Shown piece by piece: positions 16,155-24,063 of a stretch of DNA of 39,257 bases. The first letter of the stretch is position 1, and each line of letters opens with the position of its first letter. The stretch spans positions 1-39,257 of the forward strand of contig CAZGCO010000002.1 of assembly GCA_964524475.1 (NCBI GenBank), read 5' to 3'. The notes under the pieces were generated by a model that was given only the letters and a program-made list of their open reading frames with translations, was not told the DNA's origin and searched no databases. The DNA comes from an uncultured Candidatus Saccharibacteria bacterium. Its GTDB lineage: Bacteria > Patescibacteriota > Minisyncoccia > Phycocordibacterales > UBA1006. Both the position numbers and the translations under genes were made by a program.

Positions 16155-16559
16155 ATGTTTTCAATTGTAATTAGTATGAGTAAGAAAAAAATCATTAATC
16201 ATGATATAAAAAATAGTTTTAAATTAAACTCAGCGACTCCTATTTGGTATGATGCTACAAATGGTGACCATGTTGTTATTACTAAGGATCGTTTACGTAT
16301 AATTGAGTTGACAATGAATTCAGAATCAAATAATACTACTCGTTTTGGTATATCAATTGGTTTATTTGTCCCTACATTAATCTCACTACCAACAGTAGGT
16401 AATTACAATAATTTTATAGGAATTTCAGGTGCTACGTGGCATGCTATAACATTAATTCTTGTTGTAATATCTGGGATTAGTGCAATATTTTTTTTCCATA
16501 AAATGGTAACCCATAAAAAGAAATCTTTAGTTGATGAAGTTTTTAATAAAAAAAATTAA
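16155..16559 (+). CDS. Hypothetical two-TM membrane protein (134 aa; alternative start 16176)
   Basis: Soluble N-terminal about 65 aa, then FGISIGLFVPTLISLPTV and WHAITLILVVISGISAIFFF. Confidence 0.6.
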   Translation: MFSIVISMSKKKIINHDIKNSFKLNSATPIWYDATNGDHVVITKDRLRIIELTMNSESNNTTRFGISIGLFVPTLISLPTVGNYNNFIGISGATWHAITLILVVISGISAIFFFHKMVTHKKKSLVDEVFNKKN

Positions 16560-16566
16560 AACACTT

Positions 16567-16597
16567 AAAAACTCCTATGTATTAAATAGGAGTTTTT
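16567..16597 (+). terminator. Hairpin terminator
   Basis: aaaaactcctat-gtattaa-ataggagttttt. Confidence 0.75.
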
Positions 16598-16772
16598 AAC
16601 TATATTTATAAAATATTTTTCTTATGTCCAAATTCTCAAAACTCACAAAAGAAGATCTACTTGTCCTTACTGAAAAGAAAGAAGCGGAGCTTTAAGTCCA
16701 ATAAATATGGGGCCGTTTGGTTTAAAGTGTGAGTTTATTTCAAAATTAAAAGCTTTATGGTATGATGGAAAT

Positions 16773-19229
16773 ATGAAAAATAAAAGTTTAAAATTTTTAT
16801 CAGAAAAAGAAGGGCAAATAAAATTCTTTGAAGATTTAAAAATCAGTGCTGATATTGAACTTACAAATAATACTGACGGTATTTATAAAGGTACTCTTTT
16901 TGAGTTTAAGCTTACTATAGGTGATATAAATAAAGTATTATTTCAAGCTATAAAATATTTGAGTCACTTAAGAGTTAGAGGTGTGCCAGTGCCAAAACAA
17001 ATTTTACTTGTAGCACTAAATGAACAAATTGCTTATCTTTTCGATTCATTTCAATTTTTAAAATATATAGAAGAAATATATGCGGGGTCAGCTAGTAAAA
17101 ATAATTCCGAGTTTAATACAAATATAAAACCTGAGAAAATAGATTTTAGTAATATAAAAGGACTTTCAAGAATAATAAAGGTTTTAGACAATCTAGAGTA
17201 TACGAGAGTACATATAGATGTATTTAATGTTGTTGGATGGTCAGAACATTTTTATAGGGAAAATCCAAAAGCGACAAAAAGTAAATTATTTGAAGAATTA
17301 CGAGATCCAAAAGTTTTTAAAAAATATATTTATCCTTGGAAAGGGTCTGATTTAGATTTTAAATATATAAATGATCTATTAAATGCTAAAATTCTAAAAA
17401 AAGAATTAGGTGCTTTTTATACTCCCAAACTCTACTGCCTTAAATCAACAGAACTTGTTCGTAAGGCAATAAAAGAAATACCAAAAGGCAATGATTATAT
17501 TATTTTAGATAGGTCAGCAGGGACAGGGAACCTTGAAGAGTTTCTCACTGATAAGAATGTGAATGATATAACAATAAGCGAGCTCGATAAATATATTCTT
17601 GAAGAAATAAAAATAAAATATTTACAGGATAAAGCAACCGTCATTAAAACTTTTTATAAAGATAAGATATTCAATGATATTACTATTGGTGAACTAGAAG
17701 AACATAAAACAAAATTATCAATGCATGATTTTATTTTCGATAATGAATTATCTCATGCTATTGTAAACACATATGAACTTAAAGAGTGGATTGTTTTGTA
17801 TGAAAGATTTGGTGATAAGGTTAGGCTTATAATACCACCAGAAGTTAATCCAAAAGATCAACTTGTAAATGGAGGTGATGCTTTATCAGAAATATTTGTT
17901 ATGGGTAGTAAAAGTCAAAATAAAGCAAAACTAAAAAAAGAATACTTCGAGATTATAGATGAAGTAAATAATTATGTTAAAGATCCAAAAACAAATATTA
18001 TTTTGTACGAAAATCCTCCTTATAGAGATAGTAGTGCAGCAAATACAGAAAATAGTACAAATAAAACAAGTAAAGGAACTTTTACTTTTGAAAAAATGAA
18101 AGAAGATTTAAAAAATCTTTCAAACTCAAATATAAGTACAGCAAGAGATATTTCAAATCAATTTATTTGGTCTGCTTGGAAATATTATTTAACTAAAAAA
18201 GACGATGCTTATATACTCTTTAGTCCTATAAAATACTGGAAATCTCTTGGTCTTGGTAATAAAAAGTTTATAGATGGACTTTTGTTTAATAGAAAATATT
18301 TTCATGCAACAGACAGTTCCATCAGTTGTATTTTATGGAAAAATGAAGAAGAAAATAAGGAAGAATTAACTTTAAAAGTTTTTGATATTGACAATAATAA
18401 AACTGAAGATCTAGATGATGATAAATTGTTAAGACTTGATGATATTGTAATTAAAAAGGTATATTCAACTTTAACTCCATTTTTCGATAAAAGAGATTTT
18501 GATGAAGATAAAAAAACAAGTGTTTGGTGTGGTGGTGATGGTTTGGAAGTGTTAGTAAAAAACAAAGATGGAGTTTCTTTGTATAATAAAAATATCGTTG
18601 GTTATTTACAGGCTATTGGTTATTCTGTTGATGCTAAACATTATAATTTACTCAATCAAATTTATTATGGAGCCAGAGGATTTTATTTAAGATCAGATAA
18701 TTTTATTGAAAAACTTCCTTTATTTGCTGCAAAGCTTTATCCACAAAAAAATTGGTATGAAAGAGATGTTTATTTTACAACAGCAGACGGCGGAAATAAA
18801 TACTTAAAAGATAAAGTTTTTTTGAAACAATGTTTTATATTTACTTGTCTTTCACAAAAAAATCATTGTAGAAGTTTTGATGGAAGTGATGGAATATTTT
18901 ATAAAAATGAACTTTGTTTTGATAAAAAAACTACTGCAAGTGAGAAATTAAAAGTTTATAAAATTACAAAAGAAGAGCAAGATTTATTAGACTCTTTTAA
19001 TGATATTTTAAAAATGGCAAAAGACACAGAAAATTATAATAAAAAATATACTTATGGAACATATCAAATAGATCAAGAATTAAATACAAGATATAAAAGT
19101 GAAAATGATGAATGGATATACGAATATCCACAATTAAATACAGCGATCAATGGGATTAAAACAAAACTTGCGAGATATTATGAAAATAATATACAGACAA
19201 AACTTTTTGAGTATGAATTATTAAAATAA
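16773..19229 (+). CDS. Fused PD-ExK nuclease / gamma-class N6-adenine DNA methyltransferase (Type IIL/IIG R-M-like), 818 aa
   Basis: D-x8-E-x-K (TDGIYKGTLFEFK), then GAFYTP, ILDRSAGTGN, NGGDAL and YENPPYRD in that order, plus about 300 aa of unassigned C-terminus. ATG 16773 lies 6 nt after TGgTATGAT. The ORF track's 16707 start is probably upstream read-in. Confidence 0.8.
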   Translation: MKNKSLKFLSEKEGQIKFFEDLKISADIELTNNTDGIYKGTLFEFKLTIGDINKVLFQAIKYLSHLRVRGVPVPKQILLVALNEQIAYLFDSFQFLKYIEEIYAGSASKNNSEFNTNIKPEKIDFSNIKGLSRIIKVLDNLEYTRVHIDVFNVVGWSEHFYRENPKATKSKLFEELRDPKVFKKYIYPWKGSDLDFKYINDLLNAKILKKELGAFYTPKLYCLKSTELVRKAIKEIPKGNDYIILDRSAGTGNLEEFLTDKNVNDITISELDKYILEEIKIKYLQDKATVIKTFYKDKIFNDITIGELEEHKTKLSMHDFIFDNELSHAIVNTYELKEWIVLYERFGDKVRLIIPPEVNPKDQLVNGGDALSEIFVMGSKSQNKAKLKKEYFEIIDEVNNYVKDPKTNIILYENPPYRDSSAANTENSTNKTSKGTFTFEKMKEDLKNLSNSNISTARDISNQFIWSAWKYYLTKKDDAYILFSPIKYWKSLGLGNKKFIDGLLFNRKYFHATDSSISCILWKNEEENKEELTLKVFDIDNNKTEDLDDDKLLRLDDIVIKKVYSTLTPFFDKRDFDEDKKTSVWCGGDGLEVLVKNKDGVSLYNKNIVGYLQAIGYSVDAKHYNLLNQIYYGARGFYLRSDNFIEKLPLFAAKLYPQKNWYERDVYFTTADGGNKYLKDKVFLKQCFIFTCLSQKNHCRSFDGSDGIFYKNELCFDKKTTASEKLKVYKITKEEQDLLDSFNDILKMAKDTENYNKKYTYGTYQIDQELNTRYKSENDEWIYEYPQLNTAINGIKTKLARYYENNIQTKLFEYELLK

Positions 19230-19283
19230 GCACAATTATAAAAACAAAAACCCTAACAGGGTTTTTGTTTTTATAATTGTGCT
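19229..19283. terminator. 55-nt perfect palindrome (26-bp arms) closing the island
   Basis: agcacaattataaaaacaaaaaccct-aac-agggtttttgtttttataattgtgct, checked base by base. The right arm runs into the tspO -10 region. Confidence 0.8.
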
Positions 19284-19294
19284 ATACTACCCTC

Positions 19295-19723
19295 ATGCAA
19301 ACAATCTTGAAATATTTTAGTAACAGTTCCTTTACCAACTATGCAGAACTGGTCAAGCCTACATGGGCGCCGCCGTCATGGATATTTGGTCCTGTGTGGA
19401 GCGTGTTATATGTCATGATTATCGTATCGTTCGGTGCGGTGTTTATGCGTGCATTTACAGGATCATCACGACTGCCGTTTATCGTGGTACTGCCGTTTAT
19501 TATCAACATCATCGCAAACCTAGCGTTTACACCGATACAGTTCGGACTGCGGAACTTGCCATTGGCGTCACTGGATATTCTGATTGTTCTGGGGACGATT
19601 ATCTGGGCGATGATTGCGATATATCCCCACATGCGGTGGGTTGCGTATATGCAAATTCCGTATCTGTTATGGGTTTCATTTGCTACGGTATTACAATTAA
19701 CGATTACATTTATGAATTGGTAG
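19295..19723 (+). CDS. tspO: TspO/MBR-family tryptophan-rich sensory protein
   Basis: KPTWAPPSWIFGPVWSVLYVMI and five TM segments. ATG lies 6 nt after TGcTATACT. Confidence 0.85.
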   Translation: MQTILKYFSNSSFTNYAELVKPTWAPPSWIFGPVWSVLYVMIIVSFGAVFMRAFTGSSRLPFIVVLPFIINIIANLAFTPIQFGLRNLPLASLDILIVLGTIIWAMIAIYPHMRWVAYMQIPYLLWVSFATVLQLTITFMNW

Positions 19724-19750
19724 AATATTATTTATTATTTTTTAAAACTT

Positions 19751-19972
19751 ATGAAATTATTTCCACAAAAAAACATCGGTACGTTTGATAGAATTGTTCG
19801 ATTACTGTTTGCAGTGTTTATTGGTATCTATATGATACTGGGCAATCACACTATGCCGGTCATGATAGTATTGGGTATTGTGGTGTTGTTTTGTATATAT
19901 CAGGCAATTGCTAGGTGGTGTTTGTGGTATCAGATTATTGGTAAAAACACTTGTCCTGTGGGTGACGAATAA
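19751..19972 (+). CDS. DUF2892 (YgaP-like) small membrane protein
   Basis: NIGTFDRIVRLLFAVFIG... plus a C-terminal Cys-containing tail. Confidence 0.7.
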   Translation: MKLFPQKNIGTFDRIVRLLFAVFIGIYMILGNHTMPVMIVLGIVVLFCIYQAIARWCLWYQIIGKNTCPVGDE

Positions 19973-19983
19973 AATAATTTTTT

Positions 19984-20445
19984 ATGAAGTATTGGCTCAT
20001 TAAAAGTGAACATGATTGTTACCGTATCGACGATCTAAAACGTGACCGGAAAACGGCGTGGACAGGTGTGCGTAATTATCAAGCACGGAATTTCATGAAC
20101 ACTATGGAGCAGGGGGACGAGATATTGTTCTATCATTCAGGTGGTGATAAACACAATCCCACAGGGGTGTATGGTACAGCACGAGTCAGTGGCAAGGCAA
20201 AACCAGATGAAACACAGTTTGATAAGAGTGACGACCATTATGATAGTAAATCAAGTCACGAAAAACCAATCTGGTATTGTGTGGATGTGACTTTTGTTAG
20301 CAAGTTCCAGCATCCTGTAACACTGACAGAGATTAAACACGATCAGAAATTATCCGGTATACCGGTAGCACAAACAGGTTCGCGTCTATCAGTCCAGCCT
20401 GTATCGGAAAAACATTTCAGGTATATTGTGGATAATTTAGCATAA
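19984..20445 (+). CDS. EVE (PUA-like) domain protein
   Basis: MKYWLIKSEHD.Y.IDDL......WTGVRNYQARNFM..M..GD.ILFYHS is the canonical EVE N-terminus. Confidence 0.85.
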   Translation: MKYWLIKSEHDCYRIDDLKRDRKTAWTGVRNYQARNFMNTMEQGDEILFYHSGGDKHNPTGVYGTARVSGKAKPDETQFDKSDDHYDSKSSHEKPIWYCVDVTFVSKFQHPVTLTEIKHDQKLSGIPVAQTGSRLSVQPVSEKHFRYIVDNLA

Positions 20446-20469
20446 AAACAGACAAAACGTCTGTTTTTT
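20444..20469 (+). terminator. Hairpin terminator
   Basis: aaaaacagac-aaaac-gtctgttttt. Confidence 0.7.
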
Positions 20470-20485
20470 GATATACTGGTTCTCT

Positions 20486-20725
20486 ATGGAAAACGAAACA
20501 GAAAACACCTATCAGGTAGTGGATTGTCAGGGGACAGAGCTCCACAGTGGCGACAGTGTCCAAGTAATCAAAGATCTTAATGTCCGTGGGGCAAAATTAT
20601 CAATTCGTAAGGGGACGGTTATTAAAAACATAAAACTCACTGCCGATGAAGAAGAAATCGAATGTCGCGTTGATGATATGAAAGGCATCATTCTGCGTAC
20701 TGAATTTCTCCGTAAAAAGGGGTAA
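20486..20725 (+). CDS. PhnA C-terminal-domain-like small protein
   Basis: VVDCQGTELHSGDSVQVIKDLNVRGAKLSIRKGTVIKNIKL...IECRVDDMKGIILRTEFLRK resembles the PhnA C-terminal domain. Confidence 0.7.
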   Translation: MENETENTYQVVDCQGTELHSGDSVQVIKDLNVRGAKLSIRKGTVIKNIKLTADEEEIECRVDDMKGIILRTEFLRKKG

Positions 20726-20728
20726 TAG

Positions 20729-20768
20729 AAAACCGCATGTATATGTTATATATATATGCGGGTTTTTT
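20729..20768. terminator. Bidirectional hairpin between convergent genes
   Basis: aaaaccgcat ... atgcgggtttttt (one bulge). Confidence 0.55.
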
Positions 20769-20788
20769 TAATGAAACTATTATCTTTT

Positions 20789-21727
20789 TTATGCTTTTAC
20801 TGGTCTTTTTGCCAGTATGTCGGTGATGATTTCCGCAAGTTTTTCTTCGAGAGGAATTACTTGGAAATTCTTCGGTAATTTTTTGTGAACAAACGAATTT
20901 GTCACAAACACATTTTTTAATCTTGATGAACCGAGTTTGTTAATTGCTTTACTTTTGTGAAGTAAGTGAGTAATACATGCGTATACATTACGAGCACCTT
21001 GTTCATAGAGTAAGTCAGTTGCCCCTATGATAGTACCACCTGTATCGGTCATATCATCGACAATTATGACGTCTTTACCAGTTACATCGCCAATCAGAAC
21101 CATGTTACCAATCTCACCAGGCTTTGGTCTGGTTTTATCAACCAATACGTAACCAGTATCAAGTTTCTCGGCAAAACTTTTTGCTCTACTTGCTCCACCG
21201 ACATCGGCACTTGAAATGATAAGGTTGGCTAAATCAATTCCAGGATATTTTTTGAGGTAATCGGTGCAAAGTATACTACCGCCAATATGGATTACTGGGA
21301 CACCTATCAATCCTTCGGCTTGTTTGCTGTGCATGTCGAGTGTAATAAGCTGTGTAAGTCCTGCTACTGCAAAAAATTCTCCAATTAGTTTCGCTGTAAT
21401 GGGCTGTCTCATTTTTGACCTATAATCTTGGCGCAGATAAGGCACAAATGGATCAATCAAAAATATTTTTTCTGCTGATGCACGTTTACATGCATCAATG
21501 AGCGTAAGTACTCGCATAAGTTCTGAATTCACGTCGCCATTGTATTGATGAACAATGAACACATACTTTGCTCTCACACTATCTGAAGGGTAGGCGATTA
21601 CTTCGCCAGAATTAAATGTTTCACTGTTTACGATTTGTAAACAATTACCACCATCTATTCTTTTTGCAATCTTTTCTGCAAATTTCTTGTCTCTATCGGT
21701 GCTCAGGACTAAAAAGTGATTTTCCAT
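20789..21727 (-). CDS. prs: Ribose-phosphate pyrophosphokinase
   Basis: DMHSKQAEG and the PRPP-binding loop VIIVDDMTDTGGTI. 312 aa. Confidence 0.92.
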   Translation of the reverse strand: MENHFLVLSTDRDKKFAEKIAKRIDGGNCLQIVNSETFNSGEVIAYPSDSVRAKYVFIVHQYNGDVNSELMRVLTLIDACKRASAEKIFLIDPFVPYLRQDYRSKMRQPITAKLIGEFFAVAGLTQLITLDMHSKQAEGLIGVPVIHIGGSILCTDYLKKYPGIDLANLIISSADVGGASRAKSFAEKLDTGYVLVDKTRPKPGEIGNMVLIGDVTGKDVIIVDDMTDTGGTIIGATDLLYEQGARNVYACITHLLHKSKAINKLGSSRLKNVFVTNSFVHKKLPKNFQVIPLEEKLAEIITDILAKRPVKA

Positions 21728-21779
21728 TATGTAATTGTTATAGGTTAAAATTCAATCATAACTATATCACGATTTTAAT

Positions 21780-21814
21780 AAAAAACAACCCTCTTGGTTG
21801 ACGGGTTGTTTTTT
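21780..21814. terminator. Hairpin terminator
   Basis: aaaaaacaaccc-11 nt-gggttgtttttt. Confidence 0.7.
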
Positions 21815-21819
21815 ATTGA

Positions 21820-22083
21820 TTATTTTTTGTTACGCCAATATGGAGCGAAACGGATCATCCAGGTATAGATTTTTGCCAGGATCCATGGGGTACCATTTTT
21901 GCGCATAGACTGGTAGCACATGGTTTGGAATTCTGATAAACTCATTCCTTCACAATTAAGCTTGCCATTATTATAACAATACGAACAATAGTTCGGGTTT
22001 TCGCGTACACCAGGGTCTTTGGCAAATGGCATCATACACGCCTGACATGACCCCTGTGCGCAGATTTTTTCATTTTGTTGCAT
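21820..22083 (-). CDS. Putative zinc-ribbon domain protein (87 aa)
   Basis: CxxC...CxxC pattern: CQACMMPFAKDPG...NYCSYCYNNGKL. Confidence 0.65.
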   Translation of the reverse strand: MQQNEKICAQGSCQACMMPFAKDPGVRENPNYCSYCYNNGKLNCEGMSLSEFQTMCYQSMRKNGTPWILAKIYTWMIRFAPYWRNKK

Positions 22084-22170
22084 ATATGTATATTATAGAT
22101 ATTTTAACCCTAAAAGACAAGATATTTAAAACTGTATTTTTGATTCATTTTGTGGTAGTATCATTATATT

Positions 22171-23523
22171 ATGTCAGAAAATAATCCAAAAATCGTTACC
22201 CGTTTTGCACCATCTCCAACTGGGAAAGCTCATGCTGGGGGGTATAGAACTGCCATGTATGCATGGCTTTTTGCTCGTCAAAATAAAGGTAAATTCATAC
22301 TTCGTATTGAAGATACCGATAAAGCTCGTAATACAGAAGAATCAAAAGATGATATTTTTGAGGCGTTAGCATGGCTCGGTATTAACCATGACGAAATGTA
22401 TATTCAGTCAGAAAACCTTGAACGACACAAAGAGGTCCTTAAAAAACTTATTAATGAAGACAAGGCGTATGTTTCTCATGAACCTTCAAATGATGACCTC
22501 ACTGTTATAAAAGATGTAATTCGTTTTCGTAACCCTGGTCAGGTAATTACTTTTACTGATCTTATTCGTGGCGAGGTAACTATTAATACTGAAGATCTCG
22601 GAGACTTTGTTTTAGCTAGAACTATTGATGACCCAGTATATCATTTAGCGGCTATTGTAGATGACCATGACGAAGGAGTAACTCATGTGATTCGCGCAGA
22701 AGAGCATATTCCTAATACTCCGAGACATATTCTTATTATGCAGGCACTTGGTTGGGATATTCCACAGTATGCGCACTTACCGTTGGTACTTACAGCTGAT
22801 AGAAAAAAACTATCAAAACGCAAGGGGGCGCTTGCGATGACAGACTATGCAAAATTAGGCTATTTACCAGGAGCGGTTTTTAATTGTATTTCAATGTTAG
22901 GGTGGAATCCTGCTGATCCTGGATCTGAACAGGAAATATTTTTAATTCCTGAACTTATTGAAAGATTTAATTTTAATAGAATGCAAAAAGCAGGTGCAAT
23001 ATTTAATACTGAAAAGCTCAATTGGTTTAATCGTGAATATATTAAATCACTCGACACCGATACACAGAAAAAATATGTGAAGGATTTTATGCCAAGTGAA
23101 TTACTTGAAAAAATAGGGAATGAAACATTTGAAAAACTTTTCCCAGTAATTATCGAACGTGTAGAATATTTTGGTCAGGTAACAGAAATGGCAGCATCTG
23201 GCGAGTATGATTATACTGCCACAGAACCTGTGTATGATATCGAACGCGCCATCTGGAAAACCTGCGACAGGGAAACCACACAGAAACACTTGCAATATGT
23301 ACATGATACATGGTCAGCACATACAGGACTATGGAATCATGAAACCTTGAAATCTATTGTATGGGATTATGCGCAGGAACATGGGGCAGGGAATGTGTTG
23401 TGGCCAGTGCGCTATGCGCTCACCGGGCGTGAAAAATCTCCTGATCCGTTCGTTGTGGCATATATTATCGACAAGGAAAAAACATTGCAGAGACTACAAT
23501 TTGCAATAAATAATTTAGAATAA
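22171..23523 (+). CDS. gltX: Glutamyl-tRNA synthetase
   Basis: VTRFAPSPTGKAHAGG (HIGH-type), RIEDTD and KLSKRKG (KMSKS-type). Confidence 0.92.
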   Translation: MSENNPKIVTRFAPSPTGKAHAGGYRTAMYAWLFARQNKGKFILRIEDTDKARNTEESKDDIFEALAWLGINHDEMYIQSENLERHKEVLKKLINEDKAYVSHEPSNDDLTVIKDVIRFRNPGQVITFTDLIRGEVTINTEDLGDFVLARTIDDPVYHLAAIVDDHDEGVTHVIRAEEHIPNTPRHILIMQALGWDIPQYAHLPLVLTADRKKLSKRKGALAMTDYAKLGYLPGAVFNCISMLGWNPADPGSEQEIFLIPELIERFNFNRMQKAGAIFNTEKLNWFNREYIKSLDTDTQKKYVKDFMPSELLEKIGNETFEKLFPVIIERVEYFGQVTEMAASGEYDYTATEPVYDIERAIWKTCDRETTQKHLQYVHDTWSAHTGLWNHETLKSIVWDYAQEHGAGNVLWPVRYALTGREKSPDPFVVAYIIDKEKTLQRLQFAINNLE

Positions 23524-23550
23524 AAAAAGCAAGGAAACTTGCTTTTTTTA
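23521..23550. terminator. Bidirectional hairpin between gltX and recG
   Basis: taaaaaaagcaag-gaaa-cttgcttttttta. It contains both stop codons. Confidence 0.75.
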
Positions 23551-24063
23551 TTCTAAATGTATTTCAAAATCATTATTTACGATAGCCTGTGCCAAGTGTG
23601 GGTACTGTACAAGATCAGGATCGGTTGCAATAATATGTTTTGCTTCGTTTCTGGCATATTCTACCATTTTGATATTTTTTATTGCCTCCATTCCCAGGTC
23701 AGAAATACCCCATTGTTTCATACCCCATAAATCTCCGGTACCACGCTGTGCGAGATCCAGTTCTGCTAATTCAAAACCATTTTTTGCACGAACAAAGGCG
23801 TTCATACGTTCGGTCGTTTTCGGTGTTTTTGTATTCGCGAATAAATAACAATATGCCTGATGATTACTTCGGATAACACGACCGCGTAACTGATGTAATT
23901 GAGCGAGGCCGAATCGTTCAGCGCCTTCGATAATAATATTTGTTGCATTCGGTACGTTTACGCCGACTTCGACAACTGATGTGGAAACCAGTATATCTAT
24001 TTCATGATTGCTGAATTTTTTCATGACCTCTGTTTTTTTTGCGGGGGTCATTTTACTATGCAT
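23548..24063 (-). pseudogene. recG: recG, C-terminal helicase fragment (frameshifted relative to the upstream part)
   Basis: HSKMTPAKKTEVMKKF..IDILVSTSVVEVGVNVPNATNIIIEGAERFGLAQLHQLRGRV matches helicase motifs IV-VI. Confidence 0.85.

Noticed and set aside
15480-19290. Calling the island a mobile element or prophage remnant
   Set aside because: No integrase, transposase, terminal inverted repeats or flanking target duplication is visible. Only composition and gene content suggest foreign origin.
19363-19788. 141-aa alternative-frame ORF inside tspO
   Set aside because: The overlapping frame encodes a clear TspO protein. The alternative frame has no features or signals.
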